A DNA stretch of 32,935 nt from Saprolegnia diclina VS20 (taxonomy: Eukaryota), in the NCBI RefSeq assembly GCF_000281045.1, contig NW_008246128.1, positions 251,182 through 284,116 on the forward strand, given 5' to 3'. Positions 32,239 through 32,935 of this stretch are shown here, one piece after another. Numbering within the stretch: position 1 is the first letter of the stretch; every line of letters begins with the position of its first letter. The position numbers and the translations under genes were made by a program. The notes under the pieces were generated by a model, which was not told the origin of the DNA, ran no database searches, and worked only from the letters and a program-made list of their open reading frames with translations.

Positions 32239-32935
32239 CGTTGGCAAGATCCCGAAATGACGGAAAATCTACGCCGACGTATTATTTGTGTCACATTTAC
32301 GCCGCCTTAAATTAGACTTGACATTTGTATGTGTTTGACAATTTGTGCTGTTGACGTCAGCCCATCAGCACTGAGAAACCTAGCGTCATCGCTCGCAATG
32401 GCCGCGTTAGTCAATTAGTCTACTTTGCATGGAGCATAGTTTCCACACGGCGACCACCAGATATGGACGCAAAACCGGAACTTGGATTGTACGTATGGGC
32501 AAGGCCATTATTTTCCTCTTTTGTGGGATAGTAAAAGCTGGAGGATAACCGCTGGTCAGAGTAGTGACTACTCGTCTGGCCTGTGTTAAACTGTTGCAAC
32601 GGTTGCGCATGTTGTCGTTGTGTTTAGCTTCGTACACCACATATATGAACCTGGCCGGAACTGGACAAATTTGCTGGCTTGTACAACCAGTACGTCGCTT
32701 GCAGCGTCGGAAATGACCGACCTCCATGAACGTCGCATCTCGTAAAGTACTGGCCAGGGGGATCGTGGGGTGGCAGCCATGTGCTAGTGTAAAAGTCGTT
32801 TTTTGTATGCTGGACAATTATGTCCATATTTCGACATCAATCGACCGGATTGCACTCCAAGTACGTCGCTAGGACGTTATTTGCACGACGCATCCAACCA
32901 ACTGTGAAAAAGTGGCTTGTTCCGCAGGCTTGGTG

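Noticed and set aside
32300..32935. ORF 32407..32817 (-) and neighbours
   Set aside because: Lower GC, no codon bias or recognisable domain; treated as upstream intergenic sequence.

Overview
Eukaryotic, GC-rich, gene-dense genomic DNA with very short GT-AG introns (mostly 40-60 nt) and oomycete-type Inr/FPR core promoters. It is most consistent with a Saprolegniales oomycete (Saprolegnia/Achlya-like); this is inferred, not searched. From left to right: a decayed spliced gene (818-1836,-); a 5'-truncated L1-type LINE with a 16-bp target-site duplication (2525-3515); a secreted S28 serine peptidase fused to four PAN/Apple domains (4162-6897,+); a ~2,000-aa CEP164-like coiled-coil gene (7052-13478,-) with a 195-aa tandem mini-paralog ending in an Atg8-interacting-like motif (13803-14474,-); a 12-exon ankyrin gene; an EF-hand/PYG-type putative flagellar microtubule inner protein; adenosine kinase; a TMEM128-like gene; an orphan gene; a Rubisco-LSMT-type SET methyltransferase; a frameshifted ankyrin-family gene; and an MCTP-like C2/C1/TM/PH gene (28171-32238,-). 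Most ORFs in the supplied track are exon fragments or antisense shadows. Exon structures were spliced by eye and family calls come from motif recognition, with no database search. No rRNA, tRNA or CRISPR array was seen. The strongest novelty candidate is the mini-CEP164 with a C-terminal DWEII motif.
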